From a virus: a DNA stretch of 64,000 bases. Where the stretch lies: the IMG/VR virus record IMGVR_UViG_3300010354_015978, positions 1 to 64,000 of that record; one strand, written 5' to 3'. The position numbers and the translations under genes are program-made. The notes under the pieces are model-generated. The model did not search any database, was not told where the DNA came from, and was given only the letters and a program-made list of their open reading frames with translations. Below are positions 63,904 to 64,000 of this stretch, one piece after another (the first letter of the stretch is position 1; each line of letters begins with the position of its first letter).

Positions 63904-64000
63904 CCGGTGTAGTCTTGGTGCTTTGGCACTGTGTCTACCTGGACCCTCTCCGATCGCTGTTTTCAATCGATACAGTGAGGCCCTTGCCTGTGGCAAACCA

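Overview
The window reads as part of a large (jumbo/huge) tailed-phage genome using the standard genetic code, probably with a proteobacterial host (inferred from the tmRNA tag and sigma70-type promoters). It has four blocks. (1) 1-22.4 kb, virion structure: a gp6-like baseplate wedge protein, a 5118-aa giant structural protein, a tail fibre and Thr/Ser-rich virion proteins. (2) 22.4-46.7 kb, a tightly coupled modification cluster: glycosyltransferase-like proteins, two NAD-dependent epimerases, five radical SAM enzymes with N-terminal twitch-like domains, a carbamoyltransferase, an amidinotransferase, a DegT-family aminotransferase and SGNH-like proteins. (3) 46.7-53 kb: thyX, a MoxR-like AAA ATPase/VWA-peptidase pair and promoters carrying a repeated AATCAATGACTTA box. 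(4) 53-64 kb, a minus-strand RNA island: a circularly permuted (two-piece) tmRNA, 24 tRNA genes (including a long-variable-arm UAU tRNA and a short-arm Leu tRNA), several unannotated structured spacer RNAs and an attenuator-like leader at the window end. All family assignments come from motifs read by eye; no database search was run.
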